Assembly: GCA_051453625.1 (NCBI GenBank)
Contig: JBOZIK010000001.1
Location: forward strand, 32,624,562 to 32,688,561
DNA length: 64,000 nucleotides
Direction of reading: 5' to 3'
Source: Welwitschia mirabilis
Taxonomy: Eukaryota
The position numbers were made by a program, and so were the translations under genes. This document shows, one piece after another, positions 23,101 through 37,700 of the stretch. Below the pieces are notes generated by a model. The model ran no database searches. It was not told the DNA's origin and saw only the letters and a program-made list of their open reading frames with translations. Position 1 is the first letter of the stretch, and each line of letters opens with the position of its first letter.

Positions 23101-26100
23101 GTATAAATAACGAACACAAAATAAATCCCTATTTCAATGCATTAAAAGCATATAGCAACAAGCTTCCTATTTACTTTATTTATAGTAAAGATATTATGTT
23201 ATAGCATAAATGGCAAGGAAATTAGACCATGAACTTGTAACATTAGAAAAATACAAACAAAATGCAGATCTTTGAGCAATGATGATAAGATGTAATTAGA
23301 GGACATACTAAGGAAGTTAAGTGGCATACTGATGTTGAACCCCAAAAAGTTCTTTTAGTAGTGAAGAAACCATCAAATAGCCTTTTAAAGAGACAAAATC
23401 ATATTCTTAGTGGAGTCTCTTATAGTATTACTAGAAATCTCCACTAAGGGAAAAACTCTAAACCTAGAGTCCTAGGGGAAACTTGTAGTAGAATCCTTTT
23501 AAAGCAACCACTAGTCAGGCTAAAGAGTATGCATTTGATAAAATGTAGTTTGCCTTTGGTCTAATAGTTAGTAGAAAAAATGGTGGATCAATACTTAGTG
23601 TACTTTGGTAATCATGTAAAGCTCAAAGATCTATATTTTATCATTAAGTTGTGTCTCTACCATAACTTAAGGATAAATGTTTCAGTTTTTCTGTTTAATT
23701 GTTTAAAAAATAAAGATCCACATAGGCTCTTTAGTCTTATTTTATCCCTTTTAAAAAGTGTATAAGGATAACCATAATACTAGTGAGAGAAAAACCCATT
23801 AGTTAAGTCATACACTAGAAAGAAGCACAAGCATAAAGGTGTTAAGCCTATAAGATAGAAGCCTTGGTCTTATTCACTCAAGTAACCTATTGAGAACCCT
23901 CCAATCACCTCACCTTCCTTCCCTCTTAACCATTTCACTTCCCTTTTTCATCCTCTCTCTTGTTGGGCCCTCTACCTTAGAGGCTCAAGTCAATTTCATA
24001 GCCATGTCATCTCCTATCCCTTATCCCTCCAAATAATTCCCATCTCCCATTTCTATGTATTTTGATTATATCTTTGTCTTTCCACTATAGCTGAACCATT
24101 CTCCTTTATTTCCTCCTTTATATTACCTTCTAGGATTTTCATCTTCTTTTTTCTTGAGTTGTGTTTATTAGGTGTTGGCTATATGTAGGTTCTAAATCTT
24201 AAGGAGTCCCTTGAGGAGTCTTCCCTAGAAGTCCTCTTTCTCTTCCCAGATAAACATTTGAGATATTAGGGCTCTTTTATTATGTAATTAAGAAGGATAT
24301 TACTAAAAGGCATAGGATGTTATATCTTCATATGCATCTATAATGAGTCCAAACATAGCAAAAGAGTGTTGTAGAGCTGTCTCACAAATGTAGGATCTAA
24401 ATGTGGTAGTTAAAAGTCTTTAGACATCTAAAAGAATAAGAAGCACTCTAGACGAATCACCTCTAGAAATTACAAAATTGCAAAATTTAGGATAGTTTTA
24501 TAAACATTAGATTATGAACCCTAATAGAATACCATCCTAATCTTTTATGGCCTGCTTGTCCATGTAGCTTATATTCTTTTTTTAATGAGAGATGAGATAT
24601 CTTTTCCTTTTATTAATAGAATAATACTTTTTTCTTAGATATTTTTTCTTTTTTTATATGAAGTTTTTCTATTTACTATTATCCCATGGGGTGTTTTTTA
24701 CGTTTTGCTAAACTAGTAAGCTGGGAGACAATGTTACCTCATCATACCTCGAGTTGTATATTTTTTAATTAAGAGAAATCTTCCTTCTTTAAAAAAAAAA
24801 AAAAGAAGAACAAGTTAATTAAAAAAAGGTATATAAATATTTTTGTAAACTTTATTCACAAATACAAAACTTAAGTTAGAGAAGACATCTAATTACAAGA
24901 ATAACTACATCTAAAATAAGTTGAACACAAATGAATCCAAGGTAGTAAAATGAATAAGTTAGAGTATATCATAGAAATATTTATAAATAATGTAAACCAA
25001 TGTAATTCTAAGAAATGATCATATAATCATTAAGGCATATTATCAAGCACTTTTATATTATCTTTACTAATTTAAAAAGATCCTATGAATGAATTTGTTA
25101 TTATGGATAAAGTATCATAAAACTTGTTAAGTAAATTAAATGAATTTAAGTAAATGACTAACTACTCCCTCATAATTAACTAAGAAACCAATGCTATCTA
25201 ATTAAATTATTAATTCATAAAGAGAGTGCAATTAGCATTCTATAATTTTAAAAATTCATTTTTTTAATTTCTAAAGCTCATTATTTTATTTTAGTAAATA
25301 GTAGGAAGAATTAGGACTTCCAATGAGCTTTGTTTCTCTTGTTTTCTTTTGGAGAGATTTTGTGGATGGGGGAGGGTATTATGAAGTAAAACATTTAATT
25401 TATTTTTTTACAAATATTATTAAGGAAATAGAGAGGATATTAAACTTGAAAATTAATGTTTACACATGACATTAAAATGATTCTTACAGATCCTCTTACC
25501 TAGTATAATAAATAACTAAAGATATAATTTTACCTCTTAAACATATTTTATGGGAAATCTATCATCTGCTTATAGAGTTAGGATATAAACTTATTAGGTA
25601 ATTAAAAATATTAGTCTTAACCTTGACAAAGTTAGAATTCTATACAAAAAATCATAAGGAAATAACAAAATCCTTCAATGATAGACATATCTTTAAGAAA
25701 ACATTTAATCTTAATGATTTGTTTTACTTTATGACTCTTGAGTTTGTTAGAAATGTATTCTATTATTATTATTATGATGTTATAAGAGATTTCAAAGTAA
25801 GAATATGTTTGATAACTTGAAAATGTATTAGAAAAGATACCTGCTCTACCATTATTGAGTGTTGTATATGTGTGAATGTAATAATGATATTATGAATTAT
25901 ATCATAGGCTTTAGAGATTATCATGAAGATTAGCTTATAGGATTTAGTTACACCATAGTACTAGCTCTATACAAGACGGTGTAGGTTTTAGCCTAGTGAA
26001 TCACTTGATATATTTTAGTTTTATGTGTTTTATTGTACATTTTTAAGGTAATCTTAAGCCTTATTATGTGTGTTTAATGAATTATGTTTTCAACTTTACA

Positions 26101-27299
26101 TCTTCTACATCTTATGTTTCCTACTTATCTTTCATTCTATATCATTCTATCATATGTTATATATCATTTAGATATCTTTAGTGAGTATTCATTATGGATA
26201 TGTCCTTTTGGTATGTTTGTGTGTGTAGGTTATTGTGTTATATTATAGTACATATTTTATTAGTAAGGATTTCCCAAAAAATTAAACTTCTTTAAGTGTA
26301 AAAATAACTTAATGAGGAAAATAACTATATTCTAGGAATCCAAGAAAAAATCCTTAAAAATAAATTTACATAGTAAACTATCACAAAAAGATAATCTAAC
26401 CCAAATTAAATATCTTTGTTTATTTTTTTTCTGAAGATGTATATGATCGATATTCCTTTTATCAAAAAAATTTTGCTCTAATAGTTTAAAATATTCTATT
26501 AATTCAAGTTCATTTAGGATCTAGATAATGATTTATTTAGCATTTAATATATTATTTTTAATATTTTATGCTATTTTTTAATTATTTAGAATCACATATT
26601 ACATGTTATGAATATTAAAATTTTCACCAAAGTTAGGGAGTTATATGACATGATTTTAAAATCTAATACTTTTAGGTCTTATATTGTTATAATCCATAAT
26701 TTGAGAACCCACCTTGTGGCTTTACAAGATTGTTCGTTATCATCTATAGATTTAGAATATTCATTTAATGAATAATGGTTTTATTTTTATNNNNNNNNNN
26801 NNNNNNNNNNNNNNNNNNNNNNNNNNNNNNNNNNNNNNNNNNNNNNNNNNNNNNNNNNNNNNNNNNNNNNNNNNNNNNNNNNNNNNNNNNNNNNNNNNNN
26901 NNNNNNNNNNNNNNNNNNNNNNNNNNNNNNNNNNNNNNNNNNNNNNNNNNNNNNNNNNNNNNNNNNNNNNNNNNNNNNNNNNNNNNNNNNNNNNNNNNNN
27001 NNNNNNNNNNNNNNNNNNNNNNNNNNNNNNNNNNNNNNNNNNNNNNNNNNNNNNNNNNNNNNNNNNNNNNNNNNNNNNNNNNNNNNNNNNNNNNNNNNNN
27101 NNNTTCAAATACAATAAGTGGATTTTATGCATGAAAATTGGTGGTTTAATTTTTATTTTCATATATTCTAGATGTACCATTTTTCTTTTATAATAATCTA
27201 AGAATAAATATTAGCACACAAGTAAAGTTTTAATGAAAAGATATATTTTGATTAATAAAACTTTAAAGTAAATACAAATTTAAAGGTAAAAAAGCATGT

Positions 27300-29241
27300 G
27301 ATATTAGTCTTTAAGAAGTCCATTTGGATTGATGAAGGGTGAATCTTTCATTTTTGGTTTAAGAGCTATTGTATCATAAGATTCATTAATAAATGAAGGT
27401 TTTTTGGGAATGGATTGTATTAGATATAATTATTATAATTACTTGTGCTTTCTACTTAACATCATGTGCCACTTCCTATAATGCTTACAATTATTTCATC
27501 TTCTTAATTCATCCATTATAAATTTTTTTAAATTATTCAGTTATTTTATATTTTTAACTTATCTTCTATTGAAAATTATTAGTTCCTTCTTTTAAGTTCC
27601 TCTTTATGATATGATTTAATAACTTCAGCTCCTCATCCTTTGCCTTTAATTTGAATATAAAATATTTCTTAATTATAGAATAAATGCAAGAAATCTTTTT
27701 TAGCTTCTTTTATTTTTCTCTTTAAAAGTTTATTATTGTTTATTTGTATTGAAAGAATTGTCATATCAACTTAACCTACAATCATGAAGTTAAGAGAGAA
27801 TTAAAAAGCTTAGGAAATGTTAAAAACAATAATGAGCCCTTGTATTGCATAGAAGAAGCAAAATGAAATCAACAACATAATTACAATGGGGTATATACCC
27901 ATATTTAAAGATAAGAATTATAGTTTTTCCAATCAGTAACTAAGCTTTATGTTATAACATGTAATTAAACTTTTATATTTATTAATATCAAAGTTATGAC
28001 TCCCTTGAATTATGACCTTATTCACTAAAACTAAAGGTCATAAGACATGAAGCACTTCTTAATTTTGAAAGTTCATGATTATAATAGATATATAACCAAC
28101 TGATAAATTAAATAATAATAATTAAAAAAATATTTTTTAAGAAACTAAAGTTCCTAGAGGAAAACTTCCATCCTAAACTTATAAGGAGCTTAAGCATCTT
28201 TCCATAAAAAATAGTTAATCTTCTAGCCTCTTAATGAATTAAAAGGTATTCATGGCACTTAATCCTAGTTAATTTGTAAACTACTGAAATTTCAATCTAT
28301 AAGTGGATTCTTAAAATGTTTACAATCTAATCTATTAATGTAAGGTACTAAACATTTAGCACACCATTATGAGTTAGTTCTCATACCATGGAGGGCTTCA
28401 TTATAATTGGCTTTATCTTATAGTGAAACATCAAATTTTTTGTTATATGAATAGCTAACTAGTTATCCACATATAACATGTTTACTCCTTTTTGAAGAAG
28501 GTTAGAATCTTTACTAGATTTCATATCTAAATCATTTTGTTGTTTATTTTAGTTGTTTTTACATATTCTTCCTTAGCTAAAATATCCATCAAAGTTTTTT
28601 GTGTTTAATATCTCAATGAAATGGGTGGATATCCTAAGGCTATTAAGTATCTAAATATAAAATTTCTTATAGTCTGAAAACTACTAAAATATGAATCTAA
28701 GAATGTTCTAGGTTTTCATCTTAATGAAATAGTATTTCAAGATCCTTCATTCCTCTTAGATAACTTAAAACTCTAAGAGCTATTCCTAGAACTCTATTTT
28801 CATCTAGCCATATATCTTGGTAATATTCCATCTATATATGAAATGTTAAGCCTAGCCTTTATTACATAGATCAAATTTCTTACCAGTTTTGATGTGATGT
28901 CTCATTTGTATCTAATAATTATTCATTATCAATTAGCTTTAGATCCTATTTGATTCATGTCTAGATTATTTTTTCATTCTTCATGCCAAATTTCTCTAAC
29001 ACATTACCTATGTATTAAAGAAAATTTTATTATTTTCTTATGTTACTTTCACATTAAGGTAATACTTCATCAATCCTAAGTTAATTATTTAAATATCCTT
29101 TACAATATCCTTCTTTATATTCTTAATGAACTTTTCATCTTCTCTTATGATAAAATATTGTCTACAAGCATAATGAGATCTTCTTTTACCTTTTTTGTAT
29201 TTGCTAATATGTAGCATAAGTAATTTTCTATTGACACATAT
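27300..29241 (-). mobile_element. Highly decayed LINE ORF2 fragment
   Basis: Weak minus-strand motifs in LINE order: NEGS*NT (cf. EGDxNT), AKCLVPYINRL (cf. ANRL...I), KYGYIP (cf. YLGIP). Confidence 0.35.
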
Positions 29242-32200
29242 TATAATGCTCTAAATTATGTAATTAAAGTTAAACTTTGGTTTTAATAAGAAACATTTAG
29301 AAATGACATAATAAGGAACTTAATAACCCATTAATTGGATAGAAAGTGAAGTATATTTCTTTATTAATAAGTAGCAAACTGTAATATAATGATATTATCT
29401 TTTATACCTTACTCTAGCCTGGACTAGTGGTCAAAGGTAAAGATGTGGACTATGACCTTAGCCCTCCTCTTAGGGCCCTTAGGGATTAGTCAAGGTTGTT
29501 GTTAGTTACATCCACCTAGTCTATCCCACGCCACCTAATGCCATAGGCTTAAGCCTAAAAACAAAAGAATACAAAGTTACAAATTAAGGGTTATACCCTT
29601 TTGTTATACAATAGTTTCCATTAATTACATACTAGTTACTCTTAATAAATAATCAGTCAATCACAAAGTGATTTTGGAATATTATGTTTCTTTCCCCTTA
29701 ATTTCTTAGCTCATCCTTGAGGGGAGGTCCTTCATTGAATGGATCACTTACACTTGCATTTATTGGTTATTCCTCATCCATCTCCATTTCCATTTCTATA
29801 TTAATTTATTTGGACATACAAGTCAATTTCTGAATATATAAAAAGAAACATATAACATATAATGAATCCATTCTTTAATTTAATATATAGAAAAAAGTCA
29901 ATTTCTAAATTCCTTATTATCTCATGTGTTATAGTTACAATGGATCCATTTAATTAGTACTTCACTGACGGTCTTATTTTAGGGTTTTCTAGTATGGAAG
30001 TTTAGAATTTCTTCATGTTGCATGCCAAATGTCAGATTTGGTTTCAGTAGGATGTGTTTTTAGTTAAGTATATAATCCTAGATTCTATCTTCATGTGATG
30101 GTTTCAGTAGGCTAACACAGAATACAAGGTGGACTATAAACAATTTCAATGGTAACTCTAGTTTATAAGCCAACGTTTTAACTCTTTTTGTGATGCTAAA
30201 TGGACTATAGTATTAAGGGAGTATATTTTGGTATTTTTAAATGTTCATAAAAATTCTTTCTAGTGTAACTCATAAGAGAATTTGTTATCCTATTTGAAAG
30301 AGTCTATTCTAATGCTTTTGGTCATAAAAATTCTCATATTTATTTTAGGCTACCTAGAGCTGCCTGTTGATTCAGTTTATAATCTTATGACATCCTATCT
30401 TTTCTTACTCTCATTAAGAATTTTTTTTTAATTTTTTATTTGTTAATTCTTTAATATTATTACCTAATAGACATAACAAAACCTAGTATTCAATTTTATT
30501 TATTCCTTTAGTAGCATTTTTATATTTTAAAATAAAATCATATTGCTATTACATATTCATCTAATAATTAATTCCTAAGTTATTTTGGTTTACAAATAAT
30601 AGTGATATTATAAGTTTATACCCTCTATTTCCCACTAGTTTTTATCATATAGAAGATATCTTATGAATAGTTGAGAAGATGTAAACTTGTTATAAAAATA
30701 CATGTATAAGTCTAAGAATTACCTAACCAATATAATAGAAGGTTGCAACTCCTNNNNNNNNNNNNNNNNNNNNNNNNNNNNNNNNNNNNNNNNNNNNNNN
30801 NNNNNNNNNNNNNNNNNNNNNNNNNNNNNNNNNNNNNNNNNNNNNNNNNNNNNNNNNNNNNNNNNNNNNNNNNNNNNNNNNNNNNNNNNNNNNNNNNNNN
30901 NNNNNNNNNNNNNNNNNNNNNNNNNNNNNNNNNNNNNNNNNNNNNNNNNNNNNNNNNNNNNNNNNNNNNNNNNNNNNNNNNNNNNNNNNNNNNNNNNNNN
31001 NNNNNNNNNNNNNNNNNNNNNNNNNNNNNNNNNNNNNNGATGAAATACACTTCTAAAAGGTTATTATGAAAAAAATGCAATGCAACCCACCGTGATGATG
31101 AAATCTAAGTATGGGTATGAACATTATTAGGATTATCATGATTTAGTCTTGTTCGATGAATGCACCACACAAATTCATGCATACAATTCAAACTAATGTG
31201 AATATTTAATAGATTATTTACCTAGTTATAATAATTCTAATCATCATCAGGTTCATTTTATAGAAATAACCATAAAAGAGAAAANNNNNNNNNNNNNNNN
31301 NNNNNNCCATATTCAATATTATAATAATGAAAGTCTAAATAAAGGAAACATCTTATTTTAAAAAAATTTAAATAAAGGAAATATTCTTTTATTTTCTTTA
31401 CTTTTATTTTATTTATTTAAATAATTAAAAAATATTTAAAATTTATTAAATCACATGTTAATAATATTCTTATAAAAACGAATCCACACTTGAAGCTATG
31501 TCAATCCTAGAAGTATTCTTCCATGCTTATATGACAATCTTCATGAATTGGTGTAATGAAGATAAATAAAAGAAAGTATACCTCAAGCATGATTATTAAG
31601 ACATAATAATTTATTTAATACTCACATGAATATATTATAAGTTAAGAAAATTAGTAATAAATCAAGGACTACTTGTATTACTTAACGACTAAGGTGACAA
31701 CTCTTACAAGCATGCACATTTAAAGTAAGATAAAGGAAAAAGATAAAAGACATATTTTTCCTAAAAAATATTATTTCTAAGTAATATAATATAAGGCTAC
31801 TAATAGAAATTTATTTGAGATACTTAAATTTCCTATAAAATGTTATGTAATAATTTTTCTATAATTTAAGACGTTATTTATAACCATTTTGGGATTTAAG
31901 AATACATCATAATTAAAAATTAATAATTAATTAANNNNNNNNNNNNNNNNNNNNNNNNNNNNNNNNNNNNNNNNNNNNNNNNNNNNNNNNNNNNNNNNNN
32001 NNNNNNNNNNNNNNNNNNNNNNNNNNNNNNNNNNTTTAAAGTAAGATAAAGGAAAAAGATAAAAGACATATTTTTCCTAAAAAATATTATTTCTAAGTAA
32101 TATAATATAAGGCTACTGATAGAAATTTATTTGAGATACTTAAATTTCCTATAAAATTTTATGTAATAATTTTTCTATAATTTAAGACGTTAATTATAAC

Positions 32201-34620
32201 CATTTTGGGATTTAAGAATACATCATAATTAAAAATTAATAATTAATTAATTATGAAGTAAAAAATAAATTATAGTAGTTTTTTATAAACTAGACTCATA
32301 ATAGGATCATTAAAAATTAACTTAAGCTATCTTGATAATCTAAAAAAATTATTTCTAAGGTCATGATTTGAGGTTAAAAACTATCAAATTTTCTAAAATT
32401 ATTGTCCTACTGCACTACATTAAAATGATTATAAATTTTAAGATTCTTTGAGTTTTTAAATGATTTAAGATGTTTTGAATAGATTAGTTAATTCCCTACA
32501 AGATAAATTACTCAAGTTTTTAAATATATAAATTGTTAGTTACAAATATATAAATTATTTGCTTATTATTTTCTGCATTTATTTTTTAATGTATTTTAAC
32601 AAATAAATTTTTTTAAAATTATGATGATTCAGAACATTTGATATTTTTACATTTTAACAGTCATAACACAATTCTAGACTTATAGGAAACATTTCACTAA
32701 TTTATGCCTACTAATTAATAAGCTATAATGTTTTTAACCTAAGCCTCTATTCTTCAAATTTAATTTTGGCTATAAAAAATATGGTAAAGTTTCTACAATT
32801 AGTTATGTAATAATTTGAATTAATAAATTAATGAATATAATAGCTAAGTTAATTATATAAAAAACATATTAACTAAATTTACTAATTTAAATCAATATAG
32901 AAAAAAAAATCAAATCATTTCAAAAATAATCATTTACTATGAACCTTATGATTACCATGAAGGAGTACTAGTCTAAAAGAGATTTTTGAGGATCAGACTT
33001 TGCCCCTAATACAATGGACCTAATGCATAATAAATGAAAAATATATTTTCATATATATTAATACAAAATAAACATGAGTACTTGAGTACATATAGTAAAT
33101 CACTAAAGTGGCCACTTAGCCATAATCATCCATTAGTAACCTCAATCACTAAGCATAAGTAACCCCTCATATCTTCCCACATCTTAGTGAGAGCCAATGG
33201 AAGTGAATAACATAATTTTATAAGAAATCATAAATAGTAGTATAGCATAAGTATTACATCATTCTACTAAAATATTAAAAGAGATCATATGGATAATATG
33301 AATAAAGAGCTTACCTAGAAAGCTTAGTAAGTCCTTGATAGTTAAAGATTGATAAATATTTAAGATCAAGAGCTTTCTAGCTTCAAGATTCCAAGCTCAA
33401 AGCTTTATAAGTAGGATAATGAAAGAAATAGAGAGGAAAGAAGAAAATGCACTTGTATAGAAAAATAAGAAGTATCTCCCATTTGCAAGAGACAAAAGAA
33501 TCTCTATATATAGATAAACAAGGGCATATAACTCAAGATCACAAGATCACAAGATTTAGCATTAGTAAGTGAGATGGGTAATTAGTGACATCAAAGTATA
33601 TTATGACTTGTTCACCTAACTAGGATGAGTAATCTTCTTTTTTTAATTAGCAAGGTTAATTACATGCATCATTTCCAAATGCTAGCTTCTTCTTAATCCT
33701 TCATAGGCTTATAAGTAAGTTTAATTTATTCAAGATGTATCAAAAGAATAACTGTACAAATATTAAAATTTTCATGTGGCATAATGAAATAAACTCTTCA
33801 ATTCCANNNNNNNNNNNNNNNNNNNNNNNNNNNNNNNNNNNNNNNNNNNNNNNNNNNNNNNNNNNNNNNNNNNNNNNNNNNNNNNNNNNNNNNNNNNNNN
33901 NNNNNNTACAAATATTAAAATTTTCATGTGGCATAATGAAATAAACTCTTCAATTCCAATGAATAAAATAATAAGTATACCAAAAGATAAAAATCATGGT
34001 AGAGTAAATCTACTCATTCATCATTCTTGGTTCTAGGTAAGAGTGCATGTACTTGTTTACATGCTTATTTATTTCATAATGCACAAAATATATCAATCAC
34101 ATAACATAGAGAAGAGAATGTTTATTCATAATATAATATANNNNNNNNNNNNNNNNNNNNNNNNNNNNNNNNNNNNNNNNNNNNNNNNNNNNNNNNNNNN
34201 NNNNNNNNNNNNNNNNNNNNNNNNNNNNNNNNNNNNNNNNNNNNNNNNNNNNNNNNNNNNNNNNNNNNNNNNNNNNNNNNNNNNNNNNNNNNNNNNNNNN
34301 NNNNNNNNNNATAATTATTAACATTTTCATAGTAAATTATGAAAATTACAAATTAAGGTTAATTTTAGGTACCATCTTGTTTTGACGAGTTCTTTAAAGA
34401 ATATTAATTTATCATTTGATTAAAATATTAGTATACTGAATATCTAAGTAATTAAGTTTTACAAAATATAAGATATGACAATTGTCCTCCATTGCTTTTA
34501 CTTCAAAGTTTATTCTTACTATCTACCTTTGTGTGAGATCAAACCATGTTATTAGGGTAAAACAGTTTCTTCTATAGATGGATTCAAAAGCTAAGAATTG
34601 TATCGATGTCTAAAAATTTG
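29242..34620 (-). mobile_element. Chromovirus copy 1: 3' LTR (29242-29509), chromodomain and integrase end, interrupted by a solo LTR
   Basis: 29300-30385 is colinear with 34721-35745, and 34481-34620 with 35745-35880. Chromodomain-like EVLIKWIHCNYNT*DNKEF near 29910-29970. Confidence 0.8.
30386..34480. mobile_element. Probable ~4 kb solo LTR (Tekay/Del-like termini) inserted in chromovirus copy 1
   Basis: Starts tatgacatcc and ends gatatgaca (decayed TG...CA). Flanks are aatct and attgt, where the uninterrupted paralog has a single aatat. No coding motifs seen inside. Confidence 0.65.
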
Positions 34621-34720
34621 NNNNNNNNNNNNNNNNNNNNNNNNNNNNNNNNNNNNNNNNNNNNNNNNNNNNNNNNNNNNNNNNNNNNNNNNNNNNNNNN
34701 NNNNNNNNNNNNNNNNNNNN

Positions 34721-37700
34721 TAAGGAATTTGATAATACATTGATTTGGTAGATAATAAAGCATCTCTTTATTTATATAGCAGCAAACTATAATAGCAATG
34801 ATATTGCCTCTATGCATTATTCCAATACTTAACTGGTGATTAAAGATAAAGACATGGATTATGATCTTAAACCCCCTTTTAGAGCCCTTGGGAATTAATT
34901 AAGGTTTTTGTCAATTACATCCCTCTATTCTAGTCACTCCTAACTAATGTCATGAGCTTAAGACTCAAGATGAAGGAACATAATTATTTTATAGAAGTTT
35001 CCATTAATTATATATTAATCACTTTTAACAAGTAGTTAGTTAATCATAAAGTGATTTTCGAATATTACGTTCCCATTCCCTTAGTATCTCTACTTGTCCT
35101 TGAGCTGAGACACTCTAATGGACGGTCACTTATGCTTGCATCCACTGCTTATTTCTCATTCATCTCCATTATTATTTATACAATAATTTATTTAATATAA
35201 AGGTTAATTTATAAATACCAAGAAAGAAACATATAACATAGAATGAGTCCATTTTTCAATTGAATATCTAGGAAAAGTTTTTTTTTTTATGAATTCCTTA
35301 TTCTCCCATGTATTTTAGTTATAGTGGGTTCATCTAATTAGTACTTCAATCATGATCTTATTATGAAGATTTCTATTACAGGAGTTTATAATTTGCTTAG
35401 GTTGTATGTCACATGTAAGATTTGATTTCAATAAAATGTATTTTAAATTAAGTATATAATCCTCAATTTTGTCTTCATGATATGGTTTTATTATAATGAC
35501 ATGGAATATTAAATGAATTCTAGACAACTTTAGTATATGTCAAATTTCTGATTCTTTCTATGATGGACTACAATATCGAGGGAGTAGCTTTTGATATTTT
35601 TTAATCCTCATAGAATGTCTTTCAGGTTCTACTTATGAGAGAACTTAGTTCTTTACTTGGAATACTCTGCTTGAATGCATTTTATTGTAAAACATCTTGT
35701 ATCTATTTCAAGATGTTTGTAAATGCCTCTTAATTCAATTTACAATATCCTCCCTTGCTCTTACTTCAAAGTTTATTCTTCTTATCTATCTTTGTATGGG
35801 TTCTGACATGTTACTAGGGTGGAATAATTTTGTTTGTACATGACTTAAAAGATTAAGAATTATATGGTTGTTTAAAAAGTTTAGTTAAATGCAAACTTTA
35901 CCAAATGTAGATAATTCTTCCCATTTCTCAGCTTCCATTCTACATAAAATCATAGTATATGTTTTAGGATTTTATAAATTCTCTCAGCCTGTTCATTATT
36001 TTTAAAGTGGTAAGTAGTACCAAACTAAAGATTGATTCCAAGGTAATGGAAGAAGCTTTGCTAAAATTCTAATAAGAAATTAGGATCATGATCAGGAATA
36101 ATAATCAATAATACTCCATGTAATCTAAAAATCTCTTGTATGAAATACAAGGCTAACTATATTATAGTGTTTATGCGTATAACTAGAATAAATTGGATCA
36201 TCTTGGTTAACCTATTAACATAAATATAATAAATTCATGGTGTCTTTTAAGTGGTAAACCTATAATGAAGTCCATCGTGATTTATTTCTACTTCCATTTG
36301 GAAATGTTGAGGGGTTGTAAGAGTTCTACTGGTCTTCCTTATTCATTCTTAACTTGTAAATGAATTAGATTTTTTTAATATATTCTTTTAAATCCACTTT
36401 CATTCTTAACCATAAGTAGTATTTTCTTAACATATGATAATTCTACATAAACCCTAGATATGTTGCATAGCGTACTTCATGCATTTCTAACTTCAGTTTT
36501 CTTCTCCATTTGCCTTGAGGAATACATAGTTACCTCCTTTTTAGTAAATATCCATATTGATAGATTCTAAGAGTATCCATACTTTGGTCTTCCTATGAGA
36601 GATAAACTATTTCTCTATAATAGTCATCATTGGGTAAATTTTCTTTTATGTAATTACCAAGATGGAAGGTCACTATGGTGATAGACATACACCACATCTA
36701 ACCTAAAGCATTTACAAAGTTGTTTTTCCTTCATGGTATGTATTAGATATTGAAATTGTAGTTTACTAGTAATTATTTCCATCTTCTTTGTCTCATGTTC
36801 AATAGTTATTTCTTCTAGAAGTACTCCAAACTCTTGTGGCTTATCTTTGATAGGAATTTTTGTCTCCATAAGTAATGTTGCTAATCCTTTAGAGCATAAA
36901 CTATGACTAATATCCTAGATCATGGATGAAATAATTATTTTTATGTTGATTTAGTTTTCTAGATTCGTATGCCACTACTTTGCCTTCTTAGCTTAATACT
37001 GTACTTACTTCTNNNNNNNNNNNNNNNNNNNNNNNNNNNNNNNNNNNNNNNNNNNNNNNNNNNNNNNNNNNNNNNNNNNNNNNNNNNNNNNNNNNNNNNN
37101 NNNNNNNNNNNNTATGCCACTACTTTGCCTTCTTAGCTTAATATTGTACTTACTTCTTTAACCAATGCATTTGTGATGGCCATGAATGATTCCTTCATAT
37201 TTATAATCTTTAGAATGGGTGTTGATGTTAATAGAAGCTTTATTTTTAGAAAGGGTTCTTTCCATTTTAGAATAAAATCAAAGATTAATGTCAATTTTGT
37301 TAAGCCTAAAACTGAGACTGCCACCTATGAAAATCCTAGAATGAATATTTAGTAGAATCCTATCAATCCTAAGAAACTTTAGACTTTTATTGCACTTCTT
37401 AGGTTAAGCCATTCTCATATTGCTTAGATTTTTATAAGGCTTATTGTAATTTCCTGTTTAGAGATAAGTTTTTCCTAAGTAGTTTACATCTATCTAGAAT
37501 AAGTTACATTTTCTTAGTTTGGTTTTAAAATCATGATCCTATAATACTTGTAGTACTTTATTGAGTAATCTACATGTGTCTGTCTATCCTTTGAATAGAT
37601 TAGAATGACATTTAAGAGTACTATCATAAATGTATCAAGATATGAGTTAAAAAAATCATTCATTAGGCTCATAAAAGTTACTATGGATTTCTGAGTCTGA

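Noticed and set aside
23900..24720. Possible further LINE ORF1 fragment on the minus strand
   Set aside because: The motifs are too weak to support a call.
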